A stretch of 63,013 nt of DNA, the filler included, from Chiloscyllium plagiosum (taxonomy: Eukaryota), in assembly GCF_004010195.1 (NCBI RefSeq). It is 4 parts of one record of this genome, joined end to end, with 100 filler letters (N's around TTAATTAATTAA, not from the genome) between each part and the next. Parts side by side here need not be neighbours in the genome. Positions count along the whole stretch, not along the records: positions 14,584 to 43,056 come from NC_057710.1; positions 43,157 to 59,878 come from NC_057710.1; 2 more parts are not named here. The stretch is one strand, 5' to 3'. Shown piece after piece: positions 37,185-49,834 of this stretch (positions are counted from its first letter, which is position 1; each line of letters opens with the position of its first letter). The notes below the pieces were generated by a model, which worked only from the letters and a program-made list of their open reading frames with translations, made no database searches and was not told where the DNA came from. Made by a program: the position numbers and the translations under genes.

Positions 37185-40052
37185 CGCAGGCAGGTTTGCT
37201 ACTGCAACACAGCTGTGTTTAAACTAAATAGCAGGGGGGAGGGGACAAACTGGAAGTTTAAGAAGGAAATTGAAGGGAAAGTTAGAACAAGGGAAGTCAA
37301 CAAAGACAACGGTGTCAATGAAGCAGAAAACTCAAAAAGGGATCATGCCATAAGGTTGAGTGAAACAGAGGTTGATAGGAAGGGTGAGGGCAGTAACAAA
37401 TTAAAAATACTATATATGAATGCACGAAGTATTAGAAATAAGATGGATGGGCTTGAGGCTCTTTTGGAAATTGGCAGCTACGATATTGTGGGGATAACTG
37501 AGATGTGGCTTCAAATGGACAGGGCCTGGGAAATGAATATTCAAGGCTATACGTGCTATCGTAAGNNNNNNNNNNNNNNNNNNNNNNNNNNNNNNNNNNN
37601 NNNNNNNNNNNNNNNNNNNNNNNNNNNNNNNNNNNNNNNNNNNNNNNNNNNNNNNNNNNNNNNNNNNNNNNNNNNNNNNNNNNNNNNNNNNNNNNNNNNN
37701 NNNNNNNNNNNNNNNNNNNNNNNNNNNNNNNNNNNNNNNNNNNNNNNNNNNNNNNNNNNNNNNNNNNNNNNNNNNNNNNNNNNNNNNNNNNNNNNNNNNN
37801 NNNNNNNNNNNNNNNNNNNNNNNNNNNNNNNNNNNNNNNNNNNNNNNNNNNNNNNNNNNNNNNNNNNNNNNNNNNNNNNNNNNNNNNNNNNNNNNNNNNN
37901 NNNNNNNNNNNNNNNNNNNNNNNNNNNNNNNNNNNNNNNNNNNNNNNNNNNNNNNNNNNNNNNNNNNNNNNNNNNNNNNNNNNNNNNNNNNNNNNNNNNN
38001 NNNNNNNNNNNNNNNNNNNNNNNNNNNNNNNNNNNNNNNNNNNNNNNNNNNNNNNNNNNNNNNNNNNNNNNNNNNNNNNNNNNNNNNNNNNNNNNNNNNN
38101 NNNNNNNNNNNNNNNNNNNNNNNNNNNNNNNNNNNNNNNNNNNNNNNNNNNNNNNNNNNNNNNNNNNNNNNNNNNNNNNNNNNNNNNNNNNNNNNNNNNN
38201 NNNNNNNNNNNNNNNNNNNNNNNNNNNNNNNNNNNNNNNNNNNNNNNNNNNNNNNNNNNNNNNNNNNNNNNNNNNNNNNNNNNNNNNNNNNNNNNNNNNN
38301 NNNNNNNNNNNNNNNNNNNNNNNNNNNNNNNNNNNNNNNNNNNNNNNNNNNNNNNNNNNNNNNNNNNNNNNNNNNNNNNNNNNNNNNNNNNNNNNNNNNN
38401 NTGGCTGAAGGACCTGAACTGAAGGGAATTTATATTTGCCAGGAATTTGTGTTGGAGAGACTGTTAGGTCTGAAGGCTGATAAGTCCACATGGCCTGATG
38501 GTCTACATCCCAGAGTACTGAAGGAGATGGCTCTAGGAATCGTGGATGCGTTGGTGATTATTTTCCAGAGTTCGATAGATTCAGGATCAGTTCCTGTGGA
38601 TTGGAGGGTGGCTAATGTTGTACCAACTTTTAAGAAAGGAGCGAGAGAGAAAGCAGGAAATTATAGACCAGTTAGTCTGACCTCAAGTGGTGGGAAAGAT
38701 GTTGGAGTCAATTATAAAGGATGAAATTATGACACATTTGGATAGCAGTAACAGGATAGATCAGAGTCAGCATGGATTTATGAAGGGGAAATCATGCTTG
38801 ACTAACCTTCTGGAGTTTTTTGAGGATGTAACTCTGAAGATAGACAAGGGAGATCCAGTGGATGTAGTGTACCTGGACTTTCAGAAAGCTTTTGATAAAG
38901 TCCCACACAGGAGGTTAGTGAGCAAAGTTAGGGCGCATGGTATTGGGGGCAAAGTACTGACTTGGATTGAAAATTGGTTGGTTGACAGGAATCAAAGAGT
39001 AGTGATAAACGGCTCCCTTTCGAATTGGCAGGCGGTGACCAGTGGGGTACCGCAGGGATCAGTGCTGGGACCGCAGCTTTTTACAATACATATTAATGAT
39101 ATAGAAGATGGTATTAATAGTTACATTAGTAAATTTGCTGATGATACAAAGCTGGGTGGCAGGGTGAAATGTGAGGAGGATGTTAGGAGATTACAGGGTG
39201 ACCTGGACAGGTTAGGTGAGTGGACAGATGCATGGTAGATGCAGTTTAATGTGGATAAATGTATGGTTATCCACTTTGGTGGCAAGAACAGGAAGGCAGA
39301 TTACTACCTAAATGGAGTCAAGTTAGGTAAAGGGCAGTACAAAGAGTTCTTGTACACCAGTCAATGAAGGCAAGCATTCAAGTACAACAGGTAGTGAAGA
39401 AAGCTAATAGCATGCTGGCCTTCATAACAAGAGGGATTGAGTATAGAAGCAAAGAGGTTCTTCTGCAGCTGTACAGGGCCCTGGTGAGACCGCACCTGGA
39501 ATATTGTGTGCAGTTCTGGTCTCCAAATTTGAGGAAAGACATTTTGGCTATTGAGGGAGTGCAGCATAGGTTCATGAGGTCAATTCCTGGAATGGCGGGA
39601 CTATCTTATGTTGGAAGATTGGAGCGATTGGGCTTGTATACCTTTGAGTTTAGAAGACTGAGAGGGGATCTGATTGAGACATAAGATTATTAAAGGATTG
39701 GATATTCTGGAGGCAGGAATCATGTTTCCGCTGATGGGTGAGTGCCGAACCAGAGGACACAGCTTAAAAATAAGGGGTAGGCCATTTAGGACAGAGATGA
39801 GGAGAAACTTCTTCACCCAGAGAGTGGTGGGTGTGTGGAATGCTCTGCCCCAGAAGGCAGTGGAGGCCCAATCTCTGGATTCGTTTAAGAAAGAGTTGGA
39901 TAGAGTTCTCAAGGATAGTGGAATCAAGGGTTATGGAGATAAGGCAGGAACAGGATACTGATTGAGGATGATCAGCCATGATCATAACGAATGGTGGTGC
40001 AGACTCGAAGGGCAGAATGGCCTACTCCTGCACTTATTCTCTATTGTCTATT
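37185..40052 (+). mobile_element. Young CR1 LINE ORF2 (endonuclease-RT) with internal N gap 37566-38401
   Basis: LYMNARSI...VGITEMWL; NYRPVSLTS; QHGFMKGKSCLTNLLEFF; VTSGVPQGSVLGP; FADDTK; RPHLEYCVQFWSP; tctattg tail. Confidence 0.95.
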
Positions 40053-40884
40053 AACTCAAAGTTGTATTTGTTTTATACTTTACTATTCTAACTTCGGAAC
40101 AGCTAGCCATCATAAATGAATGGTGAGCACCACTCACTTAAAGACATGATTTGTTTTCAGGAGTCACTGCAAAATGAATGCAACATGCATTTCATTGCAT
40201 TTATTATTGTTGACATTTGCAAAATCCCAACCTTTTTTCCACTCTATCAGTTCTGTAACATTAATACATTCAAGTTATGGTTTAAATTTCCTCTCAGATC
40301 TGGTCAGTTTAGGGACAGCAGATAAGGGGCCCCAGAAGCAGAACTGCAACAGCCTCAGCCTTTGCACTTGTCCAATAGGCTGTTTGGATAAGGGTGGGTT
40401 CTGCAGGGTGGATACGCTAATTGACCATAGTACAAGAAGCCAGCTGAACTAGTGAAACAAAAGGAATGCAGTGGTAGTAGTGTATAGTATAGTCAGCAGG
40501 ATCGAAACCATTCTAGTAATAGTTTCTAAATACCTAGGAGTTAAAAGTAATAGAGCAAACAAGAGTTGAGATTTAATTAATTAATCATATTCATTATGGA
40601 GTTGGTTAGTCTAGTTGGCTGGATGGCTAGTTTGTGATGTCGAATAATGCCAGCAGTGTGGGTTCAATTCCCACTACTGGCTGAGGTTACTATGAAGGAT
40701 TCTCCTCCTCAACCTCCCCCCACCCCTTGAGGCATGGTGATCCTTAGGTTATACCACTATGGGTTGTCTCTGTCTTTCTAACATCAGTAACAGAGGAAAT
40801 GCCTACAGTCTATTATAACAGGCACAAGGATAGAACTTTTGGAAAGCCGTAGCAGGATTAGACAAAGTCATTGCAAGAAGATTT

Positions 40885-41460
40885 GAGTTTTGAAGTAGGG
40901 ATGTCTCACTGTAGTTACATAGGGCCTATGTAATACTGCACCTGGAGTATTGTCTTCCTAAGAGAGAATATATTTGCCACAGAAATACTGCAGAGAAGGT
41001 TCAGTAGGCCTATATCATGAGTGGCAGGACTGTCATACAAGGAGAGATTTGTTCAATTGGGCTGTATTCACTAGAATGAGAAGGGATATAATTGAAATGT
41101 ATAAAATTCTAACAGGCTTAGACAGACTGGAATGCAGACAGTATGTTTTCCCTGGTTTGAGAATCTAGAACCAGGGATCCCACACTCAGGATACAGAGTA
41201 GACTATTTCGGTCCGAGATGAGGAAACATTTCTTCACTGAGAGGGTGGTCAACCTCTGGAATTCACTATCTCAGAAGACCTTGCAGGCCGGTAACTGCGT
41301 ATAATCAGGAAGGGTATTGATACATTTTTAGATGTTAAAGGTATGAAGGGGTAGAAGATAAAAAAGCAGGAATATGGCTTTGAGATCAGCCATGATCATA
41401 TTTAATGGTGGAGCAGATTCAAAGAACTGTATTGCCTTCTCCTGCTCCTTTCAATGTTTC
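40885..41460 (+). mobile_element. Decayed CR1 3' end
   Basis: HLEYC and RMRRDIIEMYKIL motifs, plus 'atcagccatgatcat'. Confidence 0.82.
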
Positions 41461-41559
41461 CGCACAGTGTGAGGAGGAGGAAGCATCACATTAAGAAGCA
41501 AACTTCAAAGGTCTCTGGATTATTACCTTGGTATAAGGAAAATCAAATTAAAGAAATGA

Positions 41560-42640
41560 CTCAAAGACTGGTATTGGAGAAATGGGTTCTGGTTTGTGGG
41601 GCATTGGTTTCGGTAATGGGGCAAGTGTGAACTGTATCATTGGGACAATCTCCACCTGAACCCTGTGGGATCCAATAGTCCTGTGAGCTGCATCATTAAG
41701 GAAATAGAGACAATTTTAAACTAAATAGTGAGATTGGGAATTAAATCTGGGAAAATGTGGTAAATCTAAGTCTGGAGAGAAGGCAAAATTGAAAGTATTA
41801 AGATAAGAAATGATGAACAGCCTGTTGTAGAAGAGTAGGGAGTACATTTAAGAATAAATCAACAGAAAAATCTAGACATCACAACAAGAACAAAAGGACA
41901 AAAGTGAAAACTTCATATCTGAATGCACATAGCATTCAGAAACAAATAGATAAGCTGAGAGCGCAAATAAAAATAAACATGTAAGATTTATGGGCGGCAC
42001 GGTGGCACAGTGGTTAGCACTGCTACCTCACAGCGTCAGAGACCCGGGTTCAATTCCCACCTCAGGCGACTCTCTGTGTGGAGTTTGCACATTCTCCCCG
42101 TGTGTGTGTGGGTTTCCTCCGGGTGCTCCGGTTTCCTCCCACAATCCAAAAATGTGCAGGTTAGGTGAATTGGCCATGCTAAATTGCCGTAATATTAGGT
42201 GAAGAGGGAAATTTAGGGGAATGGGTCTGGGTGGGTTGCGCTTCGGCGGGTCGGTGTGGACTTGTTGGGCTGAAGGGCCTGTTTCCACACTGTAAGTAAT
42301 CTAATCTAATCTAATCTAATTTGGTAGCCATTACAGAGACACTACTGCAAGATGACATGGCTTAGTACCTAAACAGTGAAGAGTACAGGACACTTAGGAA
42401 GGACTAGAACTAAGGGAAAGAAGGCTCTGTTAGTTAATGGTGATATTAGCACAACAGCTTTAGTTCATAAAACCAAGATATGGAAATGGTTTGGGTAGCT
42501 ATGAGAAATAATAAAGGCAAGACGTCTGTATGATGCACACAAAAAAAAATTTTGTCAGAAAGGCATGGTGATAATTATGGGAGATTTTAATCTACATTTG
42601 GAAAAGTCAGATAGGCAAAGGCAGCCAAGATGAAGAGTTC
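41560..42640 (+). mobile_element. Old CR1 ORF1-end/endonuclease fragment interrupted by an HE1 SINE
   Basis: YLNAHSI...VAITET...IMGDFNL remnants on both sides of the SINE. Confidence 0.7.
41992..42320 (+). mobile_element. Full-length HE1 SINE
   Basis: GGGCGGCACGGTGGCACAGTGGTTAGC A-box, GGTTCAATTCC B-box, (CTAAT)n tail. Confidence 0.95.
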
Positions 42641-42699
42641 ATTAATCACCAGTAGTCATGATTTGGAAATGCCGGTGTTGGACTGGGGTGTACAAAGTT

Positions 42700-43056
42700 A
42701 CTTTTAGAGGGATGGCAGTGAAGGCAGTGCAATGTTCCTCTTGCAACAAGTTTGAGGTGAAGGATGCCATGGTCGTCCCTGCTGATTACACTTGCAGGAA
42801 GTGCACCCATCTCCAGCTCCTCCAAGACCGTGTTAGGGAACTGGAGCTGGAGTTGGATGAACTTAGGATCATTCGGGAGGCAGAGGGGGTCATAGATTGG
42901 AGCGTTTTGGATACTTGTGGGGGGAACGACTTACCAGGGGGAACCAATGGGGTTCAGGCCTCTGGTACGGAGCCTGTCCCCGTTGCTCAGAAGGAAAGGG
43001 TGGAGAAGAGCAGAGCAATAGTTATTGGGGACTCGATAGTTCGGGGCACAGATAGG
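42700..43056 (+). mobile_element. CR1 ORF1 N-terminal fragment
   Basis: MAVKAVQCSSC...CRKC zinc motif, coiled coil and IVIGDSIVRG esterase motif. Confidence 0.88.
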
Positions 43057-43156
43057 NNNNNNNNNNNNNNNNNNNNNNNNNNNNNNNNNNNNNNNNNNNN
43101 TTAATTAATTAANNNNNNNNNNNNNNNNNNNNNNNNNNNNNNNNNNNNNNNNNNNN
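43057..43156. other. Artificial scaffold linker
   Basis: N44-TTAATTAATTAA-N44. Confidence 0.95.
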
Positions 43157-43801
43157 TCTGGGTGTTCTTGTACACTAGTCAATGAAGGTAAGCATGCAGG
43201 TACAGCAGGTAGTGAAGAAGGCTAATAGCATGCTGGCCTTCATAACAAGAGGGATTGAGTATAGAAGCAAAGAGGTCCTTCTGCAGCTGTACAGGGCCCT
43301 GGTGAGACCACACCTGGAGTATTGTGTGCAGTTCTGGTCTCCAAATTTAAGGAAACACATTCTGGCTATTGAGAGACTGCAGCGTAGGTTCACGAGGTCA
43401 ATTCCTGGAAAGGTGGGACTACCTTACCCTGAAAGAGTGGCGCAACTGGGCTTGTATACCATTTAGTTTCGAAGACTGAGAAGGGATCTGATTGAGACAA
43501 ATAAGACTATTAAAGGATTGGACACTCTGGAGGCAGGAAGCATGTTTCCGCTGATGAATGAGTGCCGAACCAGAGGACACAGCTTAAAAATACGGGGTAG
43601 ACCATTTAGGACAGCCCAGTCTCTGGATTCATTTTAGAAAGAGTTGGATAGAACTCTCAAGGATTGTGGAATCAAGGGTTATGGAGATAAGGCAGGAACA
43701 GGATACTGATTAAGGATGATCAGCCATGATCATATTGAATGGTGGTGCAGGCTCGAAGGGCAGAATGGCCTACTCCTGCACTTATTGTCTATTGTCTATT
43801 G
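43157..43801 (+). mobile_element. Young CR1 3' end
   Basis: Near-identical to 39345-40052; (tctattg)n tail. Confidence 0.93.
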
Positions 43802-43894
43802 ACATAGTAAATAGATGCCCATAAGGTTTTGTTTTAAAAAATGGAAGATTACTTTAGGAATGAAAGGCTTGAGAGAGGCGGGCTGCTCTGAACA

Positions 43895-44200
43895 TTTAGA
43901 TTAGATTAGATTACAGCGTGGAAACAGGCCCTTCGGCCCAACAAGTCCACACCGACCCGCCGAAGCGCAACCCACCCATGCCCCTACATTTACCCCTTAC
44001 CTAACACTACGGGCAATTTAGCATGGTCAATTCACTTGACCTGCACATCTTTGGACTGTGGGAGGAAACCGGAGCACCCGGAGGAAACCCACGCAGACAC
44101 GGGGAGAACGTGCAAACTCCACACAGTCAGTCGCCTGAGGTGGGAATTGAACTCTGATCTCAGGCGCTGTGAGGCAGCAGTGCTAACCACTGTGCCACCC
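43895..44200 (-). mobile_element. Full-length HE1 SINE
   Basis: Reverse complement of the 41992 copy, with (ATTAG)n tail. Confidence 0.95.
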
Positions 44201-46300
44201 ACCCTGGGAAAAAAAATCTGAGTGCAATGATCTTGAACATGGTGAAGATCCAGTAGGAAGAACATGTGGGTTAATGTACTTGGAAAATTACTCTGAAAAG
44301 CCTGCATACTCTAGTGGGGTGCAGTTGGGGAGCATGAGGAGTTGTTGGTTAATTGGACTACGTGTTAAATCCTGGATACTCGGGCAATCATTGAAATATT
44401 GATTGTATCGAAGTGTGCAGCTTGGGTTAGATGTCTGTTATCTGGAAACCGACTTTGTATAAACAGAAATAGATGGTATGAAGTTGCTTGGTAGCGAAGC
44501 TCTCTGGGCTCCAATCTTCCAGCGGAGCTGTTCAGCTGGATCGTGCTTCTAGCTCTTAATTTCCTAAGTCACCGATATCCAGTTTCTCATCTGAGCAGCT
44601 ATTCTCGATTGTGAGCAGTGCGTGTTTATAAGATGTTTGACTATATAGAAGTAATCACTGTTGAGTCCAGTTCTGTGCCAAACCAATGTCCATGTTCTTC
44701 AAGGAGGAATCACTGGATTATTGTACTGAGTAACAGTGATGGTTTCCGTTTACTAGCGCAGAATCTTCAATATTTCCTTCCATGACTTTGGCGTCAAATT
44801 TTATTTAATAATGCTTCTGTGAAGCAATTTGAAATGTTTTACAGCTTTTAAGGTGCTATGTAAATACAAGTTCTTGATGTTGCATCCATTGAAGCATCAG
44901 CGAGAAGATTCCTGTGTTTGTTTCGGTATTACAATGTAATTCCTGAAAATGTATAGTTCCAAAACTATCAAGTAATGTTTTCCTTTTCCCAGCAATGTTC
45001 AGGTAATCCAAAGCAGCTAAATTATAAAGACTTCAACCACAGTTTGAACACTTTTACCCACCATCATACCTTTTCAGCTGTATTGAGGTGTAGCCTAGGA
45101 AAAAATAAAAATGTTCAAATACTTAAAACTTTAGTGACGAATTTTATAATGTGGTCTGTTATGATTGAACTATTTGAAGCTAGATAGGGTGAAAGGAATA
45201 AATAACATTGGAGAGAGTATGATAAGAAGAGGTTCATGTGGAGCATAAATACGGAAACAGACTTTGAGTCAAATGTTCTGTTTCTGTGCTCAAACACTTT
45301 AGTTAATCCTATGGAAAAAACTTAACCTAAATACAAAGTTATGACCTACATCGTAACACAGGAACGCAGTGCAAGCTTTAAAGGAACCTTCCAAGAAAGC
45401 TCATAATGTAGAGAACAAGGTGAAATTATTAACTTGGTAGTGTTCGGAAGGAAATATTTTGCAGACATACTTCCTCTAATTGTTCAGTGTAGGTTCCGCA
45501 GTATGTGAATTGTCTCCATTGGGTTTTCTCTTGATATTGATGTGGTCTATGCTGCAGAATACAAGACTGAAGAGGTTTGGAAATCGTGACCTTGTTTCCA
45601 AACAATCAAGAGCGTCCGCTTTAATGCTGCTTTCTTTGCCAGTGCATACGAGCCCATTCGCATGTCATTCAGAGAACACTGTTGCCTTGCTTCCTGAAAT
45701 AGTAGCTGCAGTAAGGAGTTAAGAGCATACAAAATTGGAGCAGGAGTAGGCTACACAGCCCTTTGAGCCTATCCCACTATTCAGTGGGAGAGTGGCTGAT
45801 CTTTAACCTTGACCTCACCTTCTGACCCAACTCCTACATCCTAAGTTCAAAAATGAGTATGCCCAAAGACTGAACATCTGCAGAACTCTGAAATAAGGAA
45901 TTCCAAAAAAAAGGGAGAGCAATATTAACTTAATGGATCAGGACCCAGAGCACAAAATTGCTTAGAATCTGACAAGAGCCAGATGTTTTAAGCATGCAAA
46001 ATCATGCACCTTAACATCAGACATCAAACTGATTCAAGGCAATCTTCATTTGAGGTTAAGAGTCATTTTGTATGCACTTTATTTGCCCAGAGTAACGTCA
46101 GTGTCTTCCAGTGGTATGCAAGCTGCATACGCCTCTTGTAGTAATGTATAAATATTTAAACTTAACCTTGCTTTCTTCAATTAATCTTCATTAGGCAGAG
46201 GTGTGCGTGAATATTCTTCTCTTTGAACATCAACATACTATATGTTTTAAAGAATGCCTCATAAAGTCAGTATAATGCCCTATCTTGACAGTATCACTGA

Positions 46301-46495
46301 TGAAATAACTTCACAGAGGCTCTTTATTTACACGTGCATAGAACTTAACACTGGGCCAGCTCTCAGAGTGAACAGAACCTTTGACACTCCTGTTTATATC
46401 TGTCAGCCAGGGCTCCCTGATTGCGATTAACAACCCCAATCAGGGAACTCATATTCTCTGAGGTCCACCTGGCTGACATTGTTGCAATCACTACA
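46301..46495 (-). mobile_element. Solo LTR (195 bp)
   Basis: Minus strand runs TGTAG...TTTCA, with TATAAA followed by AATAAA. Flanks ACTGA/ACTGG form a 5-bp TSD with one mismatch. Confidence 0.72.
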
Positions 46496-46697
46496 ACTGG
46501 GATGCAGCGGAGAGAGCGTTAACCTGTCACTGATAAGGCACAATAATCCCTGGTACAGGAATAGGCCTATGATTTTTCTCTATTCCACATTGTTCTATGA
46601 ATCTGGAAACATCAATGAAAGCATTTAGTTTGATTTTGCATCTCACCATTCTGTACAATGACACAGAACATCTAATGCAATGATCAAAAATAAAGCT

Positions 46698-47245
46698 TTG
46701 AACATAAGGTGCAGTAGCAGAAGTAGGCATTCAGCCCAATGAGTCTGCTGCACAATTCAATAAGATCATTGCTGATTTGAAGATCCTCAACTCTACTCTT
46801 CTGCTTTTCCCCCATAATCCTTGATTCCCTTATTGATTAAAAGTCTGTCTCACCTTTGAATATATTTAACAACCCAGCCTTGTCAGAATTTCACAGATAC
46901 ACTAACCACTGAGAGAAGAAATTCCTCCTCATCGCGCTCTTAAATTTGCAAACCCCATTCTGAGATGATGCCCTCTGGTCCTAGGCTCTCCCACAGGGAA
47001 AAATACATTTCACAATTACCTTGTCAAGCCCCCTAAGAAACTTTTGGATTTCAGTAAGGTCACTTTTTTAATATATTCCAAGAAGTGCAGGCCCAACCTA
47101 GTCAACCTCTCCTCTTAAAATGGTCCCTGTATACCTGATATTAGCCTAGTGAACCTTCTCTCGACTGCCTCTATCTTGCCTTAGATAAGGGGCTCAAAAC
47201 TGTTGCAGTATCCCAGAAGTGGTCTGAGTAGTACCTGAATAGTTT
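46698..47245 (-). mobile_element. Decayed CR1 3' end
   Basis: Reverse-strand CR1 3'UTR and C-terminal sequence. Confidence 0.8.
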
Positions 47246-49834
47246 TAATAGATAGCTTCTAACCTGTACTGTGAATTCACTGGCGGGATGGTGAGTATGG
47301 CTCAGTGGAGTGGTGTAAAAACAAAATACAATGCTCTAAATGTAAGTATTTATTTGGCAGCATAGAGAAATGTTTGTGCAGCTTCTAACTTGTGCTTCAC
47401 CCTGACCACTGAGCACTGGATGTATATTTCAATGCAGCACTGCCACTTCACATCCCGAGGTGGGACTTGAACCCAGACTTTCTGGCCCAAAGATAGGGAT
47501 GCCATCTCTGCAGCACGAGAGCCTCTCTGCAGTCTGTGTTTACTCTCTACACACAGCCACCTTTTAACAAGCAGACTTGTTTGGTTTCTTCCAGGTATAT
47601 CAGCCATTGTCTAATGAAGCTGAAATCGCACAAACTAAAAAGCTGTTTCGGAGGCGACGGAACGACCGGAGGTGAGTCTGGTACCACTGATCGTCATGGC
47701 AACTTGAGCTGGATTAGAATCTCACTTATCTTGTAGGTTTGACAGTTTTAGTTCTTCAATTTTTCTTTTTTATAAAACCTAATTGGATCCGTATCCAAAA
47801 CAATAACCATGTGTGTTATCCCAGTTAAGCTGAAAATGTTAGCTTTTTATTAAACATCATCTGATTCTGGTTGGTATAGCAAATATTTTACAGTTCAGCT
47901 TGCTTTCCCAAGGAACAGTATTTTTTGCTTGTGAATTTTATTCTATGCCATTTTCAGGGTTTAGTTTTTGTTTTGTGCTTAAGAATGTGAAAGGTTTTTG
48001 TAGGAGAATTAAACAACACCTCCCTTTCAGCGAACTAATAAGTAACCTGTCCCAACAATAGTCCCAAGAGCTGGATTGACACTGAACATAACTCACATTA
48101 CAATCCATACAATAGGATGAGGAGGCCCATGCTGCAGCTGTCACTGAAGAGGAGAAGGAGAAAATGGGATTAAAAAGCAGCAATCACCTGCTCCCAGTCG
48201 TTCCCACATCTGGTCCCTGTACAAACTAGAGCTTTTAATTTGTAACTTACTTAATTATTTTCTTTCCCCTCCAGTAATCTTACTGCAATGCACCATGACT
48301 GGTGGAGAGGGTAGTCTGTGCACCTGCTCCTAGGCCTCTTCCAATACTGGTCTGAAGCCAGCAGCTGGAAGGTGAGTGAGGGTGTTCTTGGGGTGACTTC
48401 CTCTGATTTGTTCCTCCTCTATTCCTCCGTAGGAAGTATCCCTGGCCTCCATGTAGCGCCACCCCTCCCTGGAGGTGAATGAACTTCCATATTACTGTTC
48501 CTTAGTACCTTGTGCACGTCGGCGCAATTGTTTGTAGCAGACCTCAAGCCTTACAGCCAGTAGGAAGTGTTCCCCCTTTTAATTTCTTCTTGTTCCCATT
48601 CCTTGATGTGATCTGGGATCTGGTCACAGCTCAGTCATTTGAATGATCTGTTTAACTGTCAAACTTGCAAGAGGTGATGGTGCGAAATATTTGGATCTTT
48701 CCAACATGTAAGGCACTAACAGTAGAACTTTATATTTAAAAAAATGCTTTGCATCACCTCTGTAGCTTGGAGCTTTTCAGTTCACCCTTTTACCTTTCCC
48801 TGTCTTTCATTGCACATCAACTTCCCCTTTGTCACAAATAACCCAAGTTTAAATGTTTCTTAATCTTTATGATTTATATTTGGAACGTTAGTGATTAGGT
48901 TAACTATTGTGAATTAATAGTGTGTAAAACTTTGTTGACCATGTCTAGTTAGTTTTGTTGTTAAGAGTTTTATTGCAAGGAAATGATTCAGGTATGTTAT
49001 TTTTGTTTGAACACATCAATGTATAGAATTTTAGGACCGTTACAACATAGAAAGAGACAATTTAATCTTGTGTGTTTATACCAGTTCACTGCAAGATCAA
49101 GTCATTTCATCTCCCTCCCTTGCCTTTTCCTGCACGTTTGTGATTCATTTTGAAAATAATTGCAACATTTTCTTTGCTTTTGTTGCCAGTTTGCACTATG
49201 CATCTGGAACTTGTGACTAGCAGAGACCAAAATAAAAGGTGCTGAGCTTAATTCCTTGGTTTTGATGGAGCTCAGTAAACCTATCCTTACAAAATGGTGA
49301 TCTGTTGTTAAATGTGGAGAAGGTGCTTTTGTATTTTTAATGAAATTATTTTTTCAGTTTTTTTTATTGACGCTGTGCAGCGAGTATGAAGAAAGATAAC
49401 AGACAGGCTGTAGAAGATAACGTAGTGGGTGGAAAGGAATCAAGCATTACCCATAGTAATCTTTTCCTGTTTGTGCATAATGCTGCTGCCTATTATTCCT
49501 CCTGTTGTGTGTTATACGGAGGATTGTATTTCATTTGGTATTAGGAAGAAAACAAATTAATTGTCTAAGTTTTAAACTAAACAATTTCACCAACCATCAG
49601 CAGTTCCTAGAAAAACAGAATTGAGTTACCAACATTTTGCAAAATGTTTGGTCCGTTCATTGAAAGACTTGTGTAATTTGTTCAAGCTGTAGAAACAAGC
49701 GATCATAATTTCTGGTTAGTTATTTGCATGCATTTTAACCGTTAGCTTATGATTTGTTCATTTTTAAATTTGCTCATTTGAGGCTAAAGGCTCTGCCCCA
49801 GGAACTGGAAAATGAAGCTACATATCCTCCTTTT

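Noticed and set aside
41992..42070. tRNA genes
   Set aside because: The A/B boxes belong to HE1 SINE heads that continue into SINE core and tail; there is no complete cloverleaf.
44440..44800. Relatively CpG-containing stretch, possibly an exon or old LINE remnant
   Set aside because: No open frame or recognisable motif could be established.
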